Shown here one piece after another: positions 1 through 12,781 of a DNA stretch of 64,000 nucleotides. The stretch spans positions 96,720,001 through 96,784,000 of the forward strand of contig OZ024743.1 of the NCBI GenBank assembly GCA_964016885.1, in the 5' to 3' direction. Source of the stretch: Eledone cirrhosa (Eukaryota). The notes under the pieces were generated by a model. The model saw nothing but the letters and a program-made list of their open reading frames with translations. It did no database searches and had not been told where the DNA came from. Both the position numbers and the translations under genes were made by a program. Each line of letters begins with the position of its first letter. The first letter of the stretch is position 1.

Positions 1-163
1 TGATTATTCACTTTCCGCAACCAAATATCTTTTATAATCTTTTATAAAATGTTACTATTTATATCTATTTATCTTTATAATTATTTACCATTATTTTTTT
101 TTCTGTTTTGTAATCCCTACAGTGTTTATAACACTTTAAACTACAAATATCTATACCCTTTAA

Positions 164-583
164 CCCTTTAGCAAATTACATTAGTCTATATTTACTATTA
201 TATTTTCACGGTAAAGGCTTTACCTCACATAATATCAAATCTATGTGATTTTGATATTATCTATTTTGAGAATGATATCTTAACATCAATATGAGTGACC
301 AGTTACAGCCAGTTTGAACAGAAAGAGGCAAGAGAATTCTGGCTGGATACAGGTAGTTTATATGCTAAAGCATTAACCCTTTAGCATTTACATTACTCTA
401 TATTTACACATAATTATTCCACATAATATCGAGTCTACAAGATTTTGATAAGGTATTGTTCTCAAAATATATAATATCAAAATCTTGTAGACTCAATAAG
501 TATGAGCAGCTGGTTACAGCTGGTTTAAATAGATAAAGGTGAGAGAATTCTGGCCGGATATGGCCAGTTTAAATACTAAAGGG
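164..583. mobile_element. Two tandem TTAA-flanked MITEs (piggyBac-like non-autonomous)
   Basis: ttaa|CCCTTTAGCA...TGCTAAAGGG|ttaa termini. Copies 164-372 and 377-583 share the TTAA at 373-376. Confidence 0.8.
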
Positions 584-1279
584 TTAAGAGATTCACTGAC
601 ATGCTATGCTGGTTTTCAACCAGGCATCAGTGCTGTTATTGCAGCCTGTTTGGCACCCTGAAACCTTGTTAAAGACACCAAACAAATGGTTTAGAATAGG
701 TGTACGATTAGTTTTGATTGATAGCTTCCAATATCAGCCCACTGCAGAAATGTGTTGCTGTTGAGACATCCCCCATTTTTGGTTGCGTCTACAATGCATA
801 GCATTGTCAAGTATGTGGCATATGGGAAGCATCTGTCACAGTGATTGCATCGATTGACAGACCACCTCTGTACCATTTCTATGTTGATATTTTACTGTAA
901 CTCAGAAGTTTATTACTAATTTTTTATGTTAATTACACCTGCAAACGTCGGTGATTGTCTTGCATCATCATGACGTAAGCCACTGGCCATAAAAACATGT
1001 ATTGCATATTTATGCTACATGTTAAATCATGCTACATGTTAATACATGAATATGTTGGAATCTGGCTTTCTTTTTTCATTGAAGTATATCTGTATTTATG
1101 TGTGTGTATATCATCATCATCATCATCATCTTCGTTTAATGTCCATCTTCCACGTTAGCATGGGTTAGACCTATATATATATATATATATTCATTAGTTA
1201 AGCAAAACAAGACCACAAATTTCCCAAGGAAGACATTATTAAAAGATTGTCAACATAGTTTTAGTTTAATGTAAGGAAT

Positions 1280-1640
1280 CATCATCATCATCATCATCAT
1301 CAACGTTTAACGTCCGTGTTCCACGCTTGCATGGGTTTGGACGGGGGTATTCCCACTTGAGGCAAGAGTGATTGTCTTGCTCGCATAGGACTGTCTGGCA
1401 GGTTTTCTACAGTTGGATGCCCTTCCTAACACCAACCACATTTACAGTGTGGGACTGGGAGGTTTTTACCGTGTTGCCTACACGGCCACATTACAGCGTG
1501 GACTGTGTGTTTTTTTGTCGTGACACCTACACGATCTCATTTGTTTCGGCCTGGATGTTGTGGCACCAACATAACTTTACATAGGAGGGGGTGGTGTGGA
1601 TGGGGGTGGTGGGACGGGGTTGTTAGAGATGCCTACTGGC
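1280..1640 (-). mobile_element. SINE-like repeat with RTE-type (GAT)n tail
   Basis: (CAT)n then cgtttaacgtccg...ggatgcccttcctaacaccaacc. Related copies at about 4370-4520, 19380-19620 and 25400-25695 (+). Confidence 0.7.
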
Positions 1641-1662
1641 TGTAGTAGGTTTTACTATGTAT

Positions 1663-1992
1663 TTAGGTAAGGCGGGTCTCCTCTATTACTGAGTACCGCC
1701 AAAGGTCTCGGTCCAGTGACATTGTCTTGGAGAGGTGTAAGTGTGTGAGGTCGGAGTTTATCAGCTCGTCCCAGGATTTTCTAGGTCTGCCTATTCCGTG
1801 GCTATCGTCTATCTTTATTGCCCTGCACTTTGTTATACAGCTATCGACTTTCATGCGCATCACGTGTCCGTACCAACGTAGCCTTCTCTCGAATAAACAA
1901 CATCTGATCCCTCTTATTTCTAATTTTTTCCTTAGTTCGTTTATGCTTTGCCGTTCACGTATATTACTATTACACATTGCTTTGCCGTTCAC
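1663..1992 (-). mobile_element. RTE LINE ORF C-terminal fragment
   Basis: ERRLRWYGHVMRM...GRPRKSW motif, homologous to the C-terminus of the RTE copies at 25761 and 48112. Confidence 0.85.
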
Positions 1993-2034
1993 GTATATTA
2001 GTAGAGAATAATAATAATAATACTAATAATGTCC

Positions 2035-2153
2035 GTTTACAATTGTTTCGCTACTCCATATAATGTTTCTGGATCAAATGATTATAGATAATTATTGATC
2101 TGGTTCAGTTGAAGATAATTAACTTAGGTAAAATTGGAGCAGTTCATCGGAAC
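2035..2153 (-). ncRNA. Degenerate Penelope-type hammerhead ribozyme
   Basis: Minus strand: gtt-CCGATGA-actgctcca...tggagtagc-GAAAC-AATT-GTA-aac. Palindromic stem III, core variant CCGAUGA. Confidence 0.55.
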
Positions 2154-3395
2154 TTCAAAAGGAATATAAATTAAGGTAAAAAAGATGGTTACATGAATGT
2201 AATGTTCCATATATTGGTATTTCACTATGGTGTCCTGGGTATATCTATTGTCTGCATAGGCGAGCAATATTCTTCTGTCGAGGCTGCATTTGCATTATAT
2301 GAGATCTGCCTATGGGTAACAAGATGGCCACCAAAGGAAATATTTATCTTACTAATTAGAGGGTGGTTTCAGGGGAAGTAACTCCTCGAGAAATTAGAAA
2401 TTGTGGGTAGTTTATAGTTAAGAAGTGCTAATGAGTTTAATTGAGAGACAATGTAAGGGAGGTAACTTATAATTATCTAAGTTAGCTATAACTATTTAAC
2501 TTATTAGCTATAAGCAAAAATGGGAATAGATGACTATGTTGGGTCAAATATTCTGTTGGCGAAGGAATTAGCCCTTCGATGTTGACAGCTAATAGTTACC
2601 TTCATTCTATCATTAATCAGTAGAGGTTGTGATAGAGTTATGTAATATGCTTCGTTAAGACAGAGGTCACAAGAGTTTCTTCGTCCATTGAACGGTTGAG
2701 TTCTAGCCAAGATATCCCATGTTAGTGAGTGTTCAATGTTGGTTAATTTAAGGTTTTTAGCAAGCCTAGCTAGAGATGTCGAACATCTATTGCTAGGGTC
2801 TCGGAAGGAAAACGAGTGTGCGTTATAGCGTACCTTAAAAGGGTTAGAGGTAGAGCCAATATAGGAGCTGGTATGCGAAGCTGTTTTAACTGTGCACCTA
2901 TAAACTATGTTGGGTGTCAGGCAATGTCCATTTAGTGGGCATGCATTAGGGTAATGGCAGTTGCAGTTACTGCTGCGGTTAGTGAGAGTAGGGTTGTTTA
3001 AACTATGCAGTTGGTGTGTGCTAGAAGGATTAGATGAGGGAGGTGTGCTACTAGAGTAAGTATTGGTGTAGTGGCGTGGTGTATTTGAGGGGGGGGGGGG
3101 GGTTACTGCGGTGTGGGAGTTATACTGTCTTAGTTTATGATGGTTACTGAATGCGCTGTGGCTAGCTAGGTTAGGTGTTGTGGAGAATGAGATTTTAATG
3201 TTTTTTTTATTAAAGAGTTTGTAATATCTATGGCTGGGAGGAAATGTTTAGATAGGATAGAGAAGAAGCATTTAGGGATATTAGTGGCTAGATTAGATGA
3301 GAATTGGGGGTTAAGCCAGGTGATATTTCTAGGCCTATTCCTTCTAGGGGTTCTATTGGAGTTGGCAGGGGCCTTCATAGGGTTATTATTACCTG

Positions 3396-3574
3396 TGAAT
3401 TGGCAGTATGGGTAGAGGGTTGGACAACATGCTTTCTAGCATAGTTACGTCCCTTTACAGTCTGAGTTCAAATCTCGCCGAGGTTAACTTTGCCTTTCAT
3501 CCTTACGGGGTCGATAAAATAAAGTACTAGTAATGTACTGGGTAATTGCTGGCCTTGTGCCTAAAGTAGAAACA
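3396..3574 (+). mobile_element. tRNA-derived SINE (ATT-tail family) inserted in the Penelope element
   Basis: A box tggcagtatgg, B box gagttcaaatc, 3' ccttgtgcctaaagtagaaaca. TSD attattacctg at 3385-3395 and 3575-3585. Confidence 0.85.
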
Positions 3575-3987
3575 ATTATTACCTGGGCATTTGTTATTTG
3601 TCATCCCATTGCTCATTCCTATTCTAGGGTTGATTTTTAGTTTGCTACTTGGAGTGGAAGGTAGGCCACTGCCACCATTAAGGTTCCCTGTATAGGTGCT
3701 GTTACTGCTAAAATTCCGGCGAATCTGGCTATATGCTAAGATATTTCTAGTTCTAGTATTAAGATTATTATGGTTGTGGTGAAGTGCTGTGTTATGGTAT
3801 TTAGGTATGTAGTAAATGGACTGTTCATAACCAGATTCAGAAAGGGCCTTATTATAATATGCTGCATGGTTCATAAATACCTCCTCATTTGTGGATAGCA
3901 TGAGATAGATTTGATGACTGCTCTGATGACTGCCGGTGGGTGGTTAGAGTGTGGGCTAATATATGTAAGTATTTTACCTGGTTTATG

Positions 3988-4019
<32 letters not shown>

Positions 4020-4027
4020 AAGAAGTT

Positions 4028-4268
4028 GGAATTGGAAACAGCACAGAAAATATGTTTAAAGGATCTGTTTTTCTTTTTTTCTTCATCCGTCAAAGTGACA
4101 TTATTGAAAAAGTGAGAGTAACAATTAAAAAAAAAATGAGTTTTATAATGTATCATATAAAAAAATGTTCCTCTCATTTTTTCAATAATGTCACTTTGAC
4201 GGATCAAAGGAGAAAAAAGAAAAAAAAACAGATCCTTTAAATATATTTTCCGTGCTGTTTCCAATTCC
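4028..4268. repeat. Long imperfect palindrome (fold-back/MITE-like)
   Basis: ggaattggaaacagcac...tccgtcaaagtgacattattgaaaaa pairs with tttttcaataatgtcactttgacgga...gtgctgtttccaattcc. Arms about 100 bp. Confidence 0.8.
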
Positions 4269-4718
4269 TCTGTTTTGTATAGAACCTTACTCCCTTTTCA
4301 AATAAATATATATATATGAGTGTGTGTATGTATATATGTGTGTGTGTGCATGTATGTATATATATATCATAATCACCATCGTTTAATGTCTATTTTCCAC
4401 ACTAGCATGGGTTAGACAGGTTGTCCCATTTGAGGCAAGTTGGGTCAGATCTTACTCATATAGAACTGTTTCTGGCAAGGTTTCTATGGCTGGATGCCCT
4501 TCTTAATGCCAACCACAATACATACACAACTTATCAGCAGGAAGAAACTTGAGCAAGGCTTGAAAGAAGATAAAAAATTACTAAAAGGAGGCAGAAACAA
4601 ACTCATTTTTAATAGGCACTAAACTTGAAAGGATATCCATAGCCTCCAGCATGAATTTGAAAGAAAACTATGAGGTATAAATGGGTAAATTGATAGAGGA
4701 TTAACTGTTGGATCTTAA

Positions 4719-4953
4719 TCCTCTAGCATTTAAACCAGCCATATCCGGCTAGAATTTTCTCAACTCTTTCTGTTCAAACCAGCTGTAACTTGCCACTCAT
4801 ACTGACATTAAGGTATTGTTCTCAAAATAAATAATATCAAAATCTCATAGATTCGATATTATGTGAGATAATTACGTGAGATAATTACGTGATAATTACG
4901 CCTTTACTGGGAAAATACAAATGTAAATATAAAGTAATGTAAATGCTAAAGGG
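4719..4953. mobile_element. TTAA-flanked MITE
   Basis: Same family as 164-583 in opposite orientation, TTAA at 4715-4718 and 4954-4957. Confidence 0.8.
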
Positions 4954-5179
4954 TTAAATACCATGAGTTCATTATATTTTTAAAATGAAATATCTTTGGA
5001 GAAGCTTTTATGAAAATTTCTTCAGAGTTCTTAAATATTTGGTAGAAAAGAACTTAAAAATAATTCTTGGTTAGGCTGGTATTATTTCTGGGAAGACTGT
5101 TGTTAGATACAATAGATTAAAACCTCCAAAAAGCTGGAGTAATTGCTTGGAAGGATGAAGTTACAAGCAAGAGAAGAGG

Positions 5180-5530
5180 CTATATTATTGTTGTGGGAAA
5201 GGTTTCTGGAATTAAAATGGTTAAAAGGCTTGGGAAAGTTTTATAAGTATAGATTACTGTAATCATATTTCTATTAAAACTCTTATATGTATGATTTATT
5301 GGAATATGAAACGAGATTAATTTTAAGAAGTCTCTGGCAATATGAATATGGAAGTTTAAACTACAAAATGGATTATACAATAGGATATTTTTTAGCAATT
5401 TTTATGCTTGGAAACACTAGTACAGATCACGTATCGTATTTTATTTGCAAAACCACTATTATGAAGTAACTCATTTTTATAATAAGAAACACTAATACAT
5501 GTGGTATCATCTGAAGATTAAGGGGATACA
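5180..5530 (-). mobile_element. Old Penelope-like linker fragment
   Basis: KNILLYNPFCSLNFHIHIARDFLKLISFHIPINHTYK resembles the WxNPxFS...FL.LI..HFP linker motif seen at 3166-3378. Confidence 0.6.
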
Positions 5531-6981
5531 TGGTTAGGAGGATACATGTTGGGGAATTAAATTTCTTAGAATCATGTGTGTGTATGTGTTTTGAATCATT
5601 GATATAAAATATTGTTTTATTAGGTATTCAATAGAAGTTGTTCATCTCTAAATTTAAAGTAATATACCAAAAAGTAACCATGCTGTTATTATTGACTGCT
5701 GTTCTAAAATGTATTTCTCTAAACCCTATGCAGTTTATATAAATCCATCTAGTTTGTGACAATAAATCGTATAACACAGTCCTATTTGTATAAAACTCCT
5801 TGCAAAGTAGAAAATGTTCCATGAAGATGGTCCAAAATATAAACTGCAATGATTTTGCATAATTCAGGCCCATTATAGTAAACAATAAAAGCAGCAAACA
5901 AATCATTTATATTTCTTTTTTATTCATGAGGATGATTTATTGAAAAATAAGACAGATTTTCTTGCGTGCATAATGATCTTAATATCAGATTTACTAATTG
6001 GTACGATGTGGTTGGTGAAAGTTAAGGCTTTGAGGAGAAAGAGGTTTAGGTATAGAAGGATAGAATTCTATAATATCAAATTGCGTGAATATGCAATGTT
6101 GTTTATCATTAATATTACAAAGTCATTCTATTTTGGATGTGCTGTTTTTCTATAATGGAAGAAAAATTGCATTTTTAGTTCTAAATATAATAGAATCTAG
6201 AATATGATCACTAAATATACCTAACTCAGATTTAGCGGGGGTTGATTAACATGCATTTAGCGTTACTAGCAAAAACTAACTTTGTATTCTTTAAGTATAA
6301 TATCAGTGCATGTGGAGTGGAATATTCTACATTTTCATCTATATTAAGGCTAGTAGTAATGTCGCTGGCTTCAACGTTTTTGACGCTATAAGTCTTATTG
6401 ACTGACGTTCATCAATTGTGTAATGTTCATCTCATTTCAATTGATCTGATGATCAAATCAGGGAAACAAACTTATGCTAGATGTTTCACTCAACCATCTG
6501 TTTTGGGTTTTTTTTGTATAACACTGAAGATAGCAGTTTATTTCCCACAATTTATTCGTTCATGCATTTGGTGGCATACTTGAGGCCATTCTTCAGGATA
6601 TCTTAGTGACCTACCAATCAGCTCCTCATTCAGAGAACAAAACACTTAGTTACCAACAGAGGTAACAGCTCCCTGAACTTTTTCCAGCCCATTCTTAATC
6701 TGACATCTATGCTTTCACTACACCCCACCTCAACTGTTAATTATGTCACTTAGTTAATACAAACTATCAACTACCATATTATTTTTGTTCAGTATGTACT
6801 TTTTTTAAACAACTTTAAACCTAAAACTTATGGGTGTACATTATACATGAAAGTTAAATACCACCCATTTTTCCTGGTCCTGAATGTATAACCATATTTG
6901 GAACAGCATGACTGGAAATTAGTTATATCTATTGTCCAATCTAACTGATGTGTAATGAAGAGTTTAAGTCACTATAATAAT

Positions 6982-7167
6982 TGTTTCTACTTTAGGCACA
7001 AGGCCAGCAATTGCCCAGTGCATTACTGGTACTTTATTTTATCGACCCCGTAAGGAATAAAGGCAAAGTCAACCTCGGCGGGATTTGAACTCAGATCGTA
7101 AAGGGACGTAACTATGCTGGAAAGCATGGCGTCCGACCCTCTACCGATACTGCCATTCCACCGCCCA
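6982..7167 (-). mobile_element. tRNA-derived SINE (ATT-tail family), full length
   Basis: Perfect 18-bp TSD ttaagtcactataataat at 6964-6981 and 7168-7185. A and B boxes on the minus strand. Confidence 0.92.
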
Positions 7168-8904
7168 TTAAGTCACTATAATAATGATAAATATTTCTAT
7201 GCTAGAGATGATATATTAAATGGTTATTATATTTCCTAAGTATACCCATGTCAGAAATTGTATCAATCAAGGTTATTTCATATTTAACTAATGAATTGAA
7301 ATTATTTGGAAGAAAAATGTAAAACCAAGATAGAAATGTTGGAATCAAACCTTCATTATTAATCATCTCTCAGTGTTCCCACACTCAGTAATTAATTAAA
7401 TATATAAACAATTAAGAAGAAATCATTTTCCTTGAGTCCTGTTTTATTTTCATCCTACACATTGTTTAGCTTTTAAATCACTTCTAAATTTAATTTTATC
7501 TCAATGCTTTTAAAACTTTCCATAAAATAATTTGTATATATATGTGTATATATGAATTGAACCTGAAACCATTTGGTTGCTAAGCAAACATTTTAATGAC
7601 TATCTTCCATCCATAGAGATTTATAAAGTGTGATTTAGAGCAGAGAGTTTGAATGTAGAAACCAGAATGAAACGCTTATCAATTGCTTTCATTAAATTGA
7701 GTAAAACTGAGGACATAACTAATGATAGGACCAGGGGAAGAGAGTTTATGAGAAAAGTTAGAATTTCAAAATAATGCATTACAAGAGCAAGTCTGAATAC
7801 AGCAATGCAACACAATACAATTCTATTTTTTACAGTAGTCAATACTTGCATACAAATTTTATTTTAACAATAACATTTTATTTTCGCTAAGAAGTAAAAT
7901 AAAATCTGAATAAATGTTTTAAATGTAGTATATAAAATTAAAAAGGAACTGCTTACTGATTGCTGAAAAGGGAATGGAAATATCAACAAGATATTTAACA
8001 ACAAAACAAATTAAAGGAAACATGGTAATGTTAGATGTAATGATTAAAGTATAGAATTAATTAAACAATAGGAAATCTTGTCAGCTACTGAACTATATTG
8101 GAATGAAGTAATAGTATGTATGTGAAAAGATTCTACAGTGTTTTAGCAGCACCACAATCTGTGTACTAAATATTTATTTTACTCCTATAAAGTAAAAATT
8201 ACAGATTACACATTGGTTAAATATAACAATAGGAAAGACAAAGACTTTCTTGAGCTCTCCCAAAACTGTCTTCAGTTATTTTGTCATTGAACAACTGAAT
8301 GATATGCAAGCAGGTGGAGACAATCAAACACGTGCCTTGTTTCGAGGTGAAAAGAAGAAAACAGTAGTCAGTTTGGGATAAAATCAATAGTCCATCTATC
8401 TTTGCTAATGATTTTTCAAAAGGAAAAAAAGAGAAAGAAGAAAAAAAATCAACTTCCATTTTGACTTTATCACTATGGAAGAAAAAAAGAAAAAATTAGA
8501 AAAGAAACCTCAATGAAGTTAGTCAACAATAGCCACATTTGTAGTTGAATTGAGGGAAAATCTACAAATTAATTGAATTTGTGGAAAATTAAAAAAAAAT
8601 TATACTAGATGATGTTTTTTGTTCAGTTATTAAAAGTGCATATGTATATTTGTAGTATGGTTGCTAGGATGTGTCCATAGGCGGTATGCCAGTTGAGCAC
8701 TCTATGCTCCTTCAGAGCAGAGTATAATAATATGATAATTTGCTTCGAAATCACTAGGCGTATCTGAGGAACTTGCGAATCCAGAGTCAGGTTTGATCCA
8801 CAAACAGATCGCACCTCCAGCTGTTCGCCAGAGAAACAATTGTAATACGTAATAAATTGTGTTCTGATGCATCACTGATTCTTCATTTTCCATATTATCA
8901 TTTC

Positions 8905-9585
8905 ATCATTTCATTTCATTTTACGTCCGCTTTTCCCTTGATTCTGGCTTGATTTCTACAGCTGGATGCCCTTCCTAACACCAACCTCATTTACAGTGAG
9001 TGCTGGGTGCTTTTTTTCCATGGCGCCTACATGTCCACTTTACAGTGTGGGCTGGGTCCTTTTTTGCCGTGGCACCTCCACAACCACTTTGCAGTGGAAT
9101 CTCATTTCTAAAGCTGAGTAAACTGGAGCAATGTGAAATAAAGTGTCTTGCTCAAGGAAACAACACATCACCCGGTCTGAGAATTGAACTCACAACCTTT
9201 CGATTGCAAGCCATGTGCCTCCATTATATATATATATATATATATATATGGAGGCACATGTCTTAGTGGTTAGAGCATTGGCCTTGCAATCGAAAGGTTG
9301 TGAGTTCAATTCTCAGACCGGGTGATGTGTTGTTTCCTTGAGCAAGACACTTTATTTCACATTGCTCCAGTTTACTCAGCTGTAGAAATGAGATGATAGG
9401 GACTGGGGTCCATATCATTCCACTGCAAAGTGGTCATGTAGGTGCCATGGCAAAAAAGCACCCAGCACTCACTGTAAATGAGGTTGGTGTTAGGAAGGGC
9501 ATCCAGCTGTAGAAATCAAGCCAGCATCAGTTTCTGTCCCACCCTTGCAAGCAGGGAAAAGCGGACGTAAAATGAAATGAATGAT
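8905..9585. mobile_element. Head-to-head pair of tRNA-derived SINEs with RTE 3' tail around (TA)n
   Basis: About 8905-9222 (-) and 9249-9585 (+). Head tagtggttagagc...gagttcaattc, CORE-like ccttgagcaagacacttt, tail cccacccttgcaagcagggaaaagcggacgtaaaatg. Confidence 0.88.
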
Positions 9586-9687
9586 ATATATAGGGAGTGT
9601 AACTTGGAGTTACTGCAGGTTCACCCTGGAGAGCACTTGATGTTTAGGTTCACTTCTGTGTTGAGGTGTAGAGCTATACAGAGTGTA

Positions 9688-9924
9688 ATATATTGAAAGG
9701 ATAACAAGGACGATTGGTTACTCCTTCATTGCATTTATTGATAGGTGACGCGCGTTTCGCCACTGATCAGCTCAAGTTTCAATCTGTATCGATTTTACTC
9801 GACTCTATAATTGGCAGCTCGACGGACCCTTTAAAGGCTACTAGCATTTTAAAGGGTCCATCGAGCTGCCGTCACCTACCAATAAATGTAATGAAGGAGT
9901 AACCAATCGTCCTTGTTATCCTTT

Positions 9925-9932
<8 letters not shown>
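9688..9932. mobile_element. Fold-back element with 63-bp terminal inverted repeats and internal 23-bp hairpin
   Basis: Arms 9688-9750 and 9870-9932 with 2 mismatches. Inner stem 9813-9835/9848-9870 with 1 mismatch. Confidence 0.8.
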
Positions 9933-9956
<24 letters not shown>

Positions 9957-9962
<6 letters not shown>

Positions 9963-10035
9963 TATATATATTTGATATATATTTATCCTTATCGAGCCCT
10001 CTTTGGATTTTAGTCTTCAAATTTATTACTATTAC

Positions 10036-10091
<56 letters not shown>

Positions 10092-12632
10092 TTTGAGTCT
10101 CAGTCATTGATGTTAGTTAACTGGAAAGTTTGTTGAAATGAATATCAAGCCAATACCTGCAGCCTCAGATATTCAGGACGTATCGGAGGGTTCTTGCTGT
10201 TCCCAGCAAGCATGCCTTTTGAAGCGTTCCAAAAAGCGTGAAGGGGCCAATTTTCTTTAACCATCCCTGAAACTTTTTGAGATAGTCCCTAGTGCGCCTA
10301 TGACAATCGGGATCACTTTGACTTCATGGCAGTTCCAAATCCTTTTTACCTCCCACTTTAAGTCCTGGTATCGGTTAATTTTCTCCCTCTCCTTCTCTTG
10401 CACTCTCGTGTCGAATGGGCAGGCCACATCCACAATCAGGCACAATCTTTTTTTCTTTGTCCAAAACCACCAGGTCAGGTCTATTGTGTTCCAGTTTCTT
10501 GTCCGTCTGTATCCTAAAATCCCACAGCACCTTCACCTGATCGTTTTCTATCACTGCCTCTGGCTTATGCTCATACCACTTCTCAGAATGTGGTAAATTG
10601 TTTACTTTGCATAGGTGCCAGTGGATCACCCTCCCCATCACATCATGTCTCCAGCCTTTATAGTGAGTCTGGGCTAGGTGTTTACACTCGGATACAATGT
10701 GAGCCACAGTCTCCTCTGTCTCTCCACAGATCCTGCGCAGTGGGCTAGCCTCCACCTTGTAAATGTGGTGTTTCAACCACTTCGTTTTGAGGGCCTGCTC
10801 CTGCGCAGCCATTAACATTCCTTCTCTAGCCTTTTTAAGGTCTCCTCTTTTCAACCAGTTCCATGTCTGTGGATCTCTAAATTCAGTTTTCTCAAAGAAG
10901 GTACTATGAAGGGATTTTTCCTGAAGGCTGCTCTTTCTCCTTGATGTTATTTCCTCCTTGGACATCCCCTGGCCTATTGTCCCCTCCTTCAGTACAGTTC
11001 TGAGCATTGGCTCCTTACTATCAGTCACGTATTTGTGTAGGTTGTTTTTCTCCATCTGAACACAGTCCTCTATGCTGATAAGACCTCTTCCACCCTCAGA
11101 TCTCCTTAAGTAGAGTCTATCGACATCACTCCTCTTGTGTAACATATTGTAGATAGTCAATAGCTCCTAGTCTTCCTATCCATTTCTTTTTGTTCAGCAA
11201 CATTCCATCTCAGAATTCCCGCACTGTACCTAATAATAGACTCAGCTCGGGAATTTACTGCACTTATGGCATTCCTACTGTTCAGATGTGACTTTAATAC
11301 ACTCCTTACTCTCTGAAGGTATTTAGTTCTCATCAATTCCTTCATTTTTTTGTTCTTGATGTCATCAGCCTCCAGAACGCCCAAATACTTATATCCTTCC
11401 TCAGAGTCAATTTCTTTTATCATCTCACCTGTTGGTATCTGGATTCCGTTACTTCTGCTCAACTTACCCCTCCTCATCACAATAACTCCACACTTACTAA
11501 TACCAAATTGCATACATATATCATTGCTGAAAATACGGACAGTGTCAACAAGCACATCCAACTCCTTCTCACTCTTCCCGAAGAGCTTAAGATCGTCCAT
11601 GAAGAGGAGGTGATTGATGGTAAGCCCTCCCTTTCCCAACCTGTATCCTGCTCTCACTTTTCGCAGTACACTGGTCAGGGGCATCAGGGCAAGGACAAAC
11701 AACAGAGGGGACAGACTATCTCCCTGGAAGATACCTCTCTTGATCTTCACGCTTCCCAAGGATTCTCCAGTTGATGTTAACTCTGCCCAACAACTGTCTG
11801 ATGTTATCTGCCACCTTGAAGATCTCCAGGCTTTTGGTGATCCAAGAATGATGCACCATGTCAAATGCCTTTTTGTAGTCTATCCATCCCATGGCAAGAC
11901 CAGTGTGTCTCCTCCTGCAATTCCTCATTACCATCTTATCAATAAGTAACTGGTCCTTTGTACCACGTGACTTCTTTCGGCATCCTTTCTGTTCGTCCGG
12001 TAACAAGTTGTTTGTGTGGAGGTGATGGTAGATTTCCTCAGACATAATGCTTGTCAACAGTTTCCACATTACGGACAGACATGTGATAGGTCTATAGTTG
12101 GTAACATCATTACCCTTGATTCGGTCTTTCATTATCAGAACTGTGGTACCTTTTGTCAACCACTCTGGTACCTCACCTGACATCAAGCAGTCATTCAACA
12201 TGGTTGTCAGTTTCGGGTGGAGGGATGTTATGTTTTTAATCCAATACCCCTGCACATCATCTGGGCCAGGTGATTTCCAGTTGGTTAGTTTTTTGGCCTG
12301 CCCCTTAAGAGTTTCAACTGTGATACTCAAATCAGTTTATTGGTGTGCCTGTTCACTGATCTCCTTCTGTACTGTCTCAATTCACACTGCCTGGTCATTA
12401 TGTTTAACATCCTGCTCCCATATTCCTCTCCAGAATGTTTTAGTTTGTTCCGCCTCAGGGATCAAGTCATTGCCTCTTTCTTTCCCTTCAAGCTGTCCAA
12501 ACAGCATCTTCTGGTTGTTGTCGAACATGCGGTTCTGTCTATACTGGCTGACTCTGTTCTCGTATTGCCTGATTTTTGCACTCTTTGCTACAATGCGTTG
12601 CTTCAGTTCCTCTATGATAATATGTAATGAGG
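9957..12632 (-). mobile_element. R4/Dong-like non-LTR retrotransposon (RT + restriction-like endonuclease), 5'-truncated and frameshifted
   Basis: ORF pieces 11716-12330, 11157-11864, 10375-11160 and 10257-10445 give NYRPITCL, WIDYKKAFD, GIFQGDSLSP, LFMDDLKL, HIVSEC...RHD, RPDLVV, DVACPFD...KEREK...Y.DL. The 3' UTR contains (TAA)n and the flanks are (TA)n. Confidence 0.88.
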
Positions 12633-12656
12633 TATATATATATATATATATATATA

Positions 12657-12734
12657 TTTATTATATATATTTGATATATATTTATCCTTATCGAGCCCTC
12701 TTTGGATTTTAGTCTTCAAATTTATTATTATTAC

Positions 12735-12781
<47 letters not shown>

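Larger units (their letters stand above)
2030..3990 (-). mobile_element. Penelope-like element, 3' half (RT thumb, linker, GIY-YIG endonuclease, 3' region), degenerate
   Basis: Minus strand gives YHKPGKILTYISPHSNHPP, RNITWLNPQFSSNLATNI and CNCHYPNACPLNGHCLTPNIVYRC...SYIGSTSNPFKVRYNAH...CDLCLNE (about 2640-2975). Hammerhead-like motif at the 3' end. Confidence 0.85.

Noticed and set aside
9249-9322. tRNA gene (also 17602, 59975 and the ATT-SINE heads)
   Set aside because: A and B boxes are present, but each runs into a repeat body or tail and I could not build a full cloverleaf. Treated as SINE heads.
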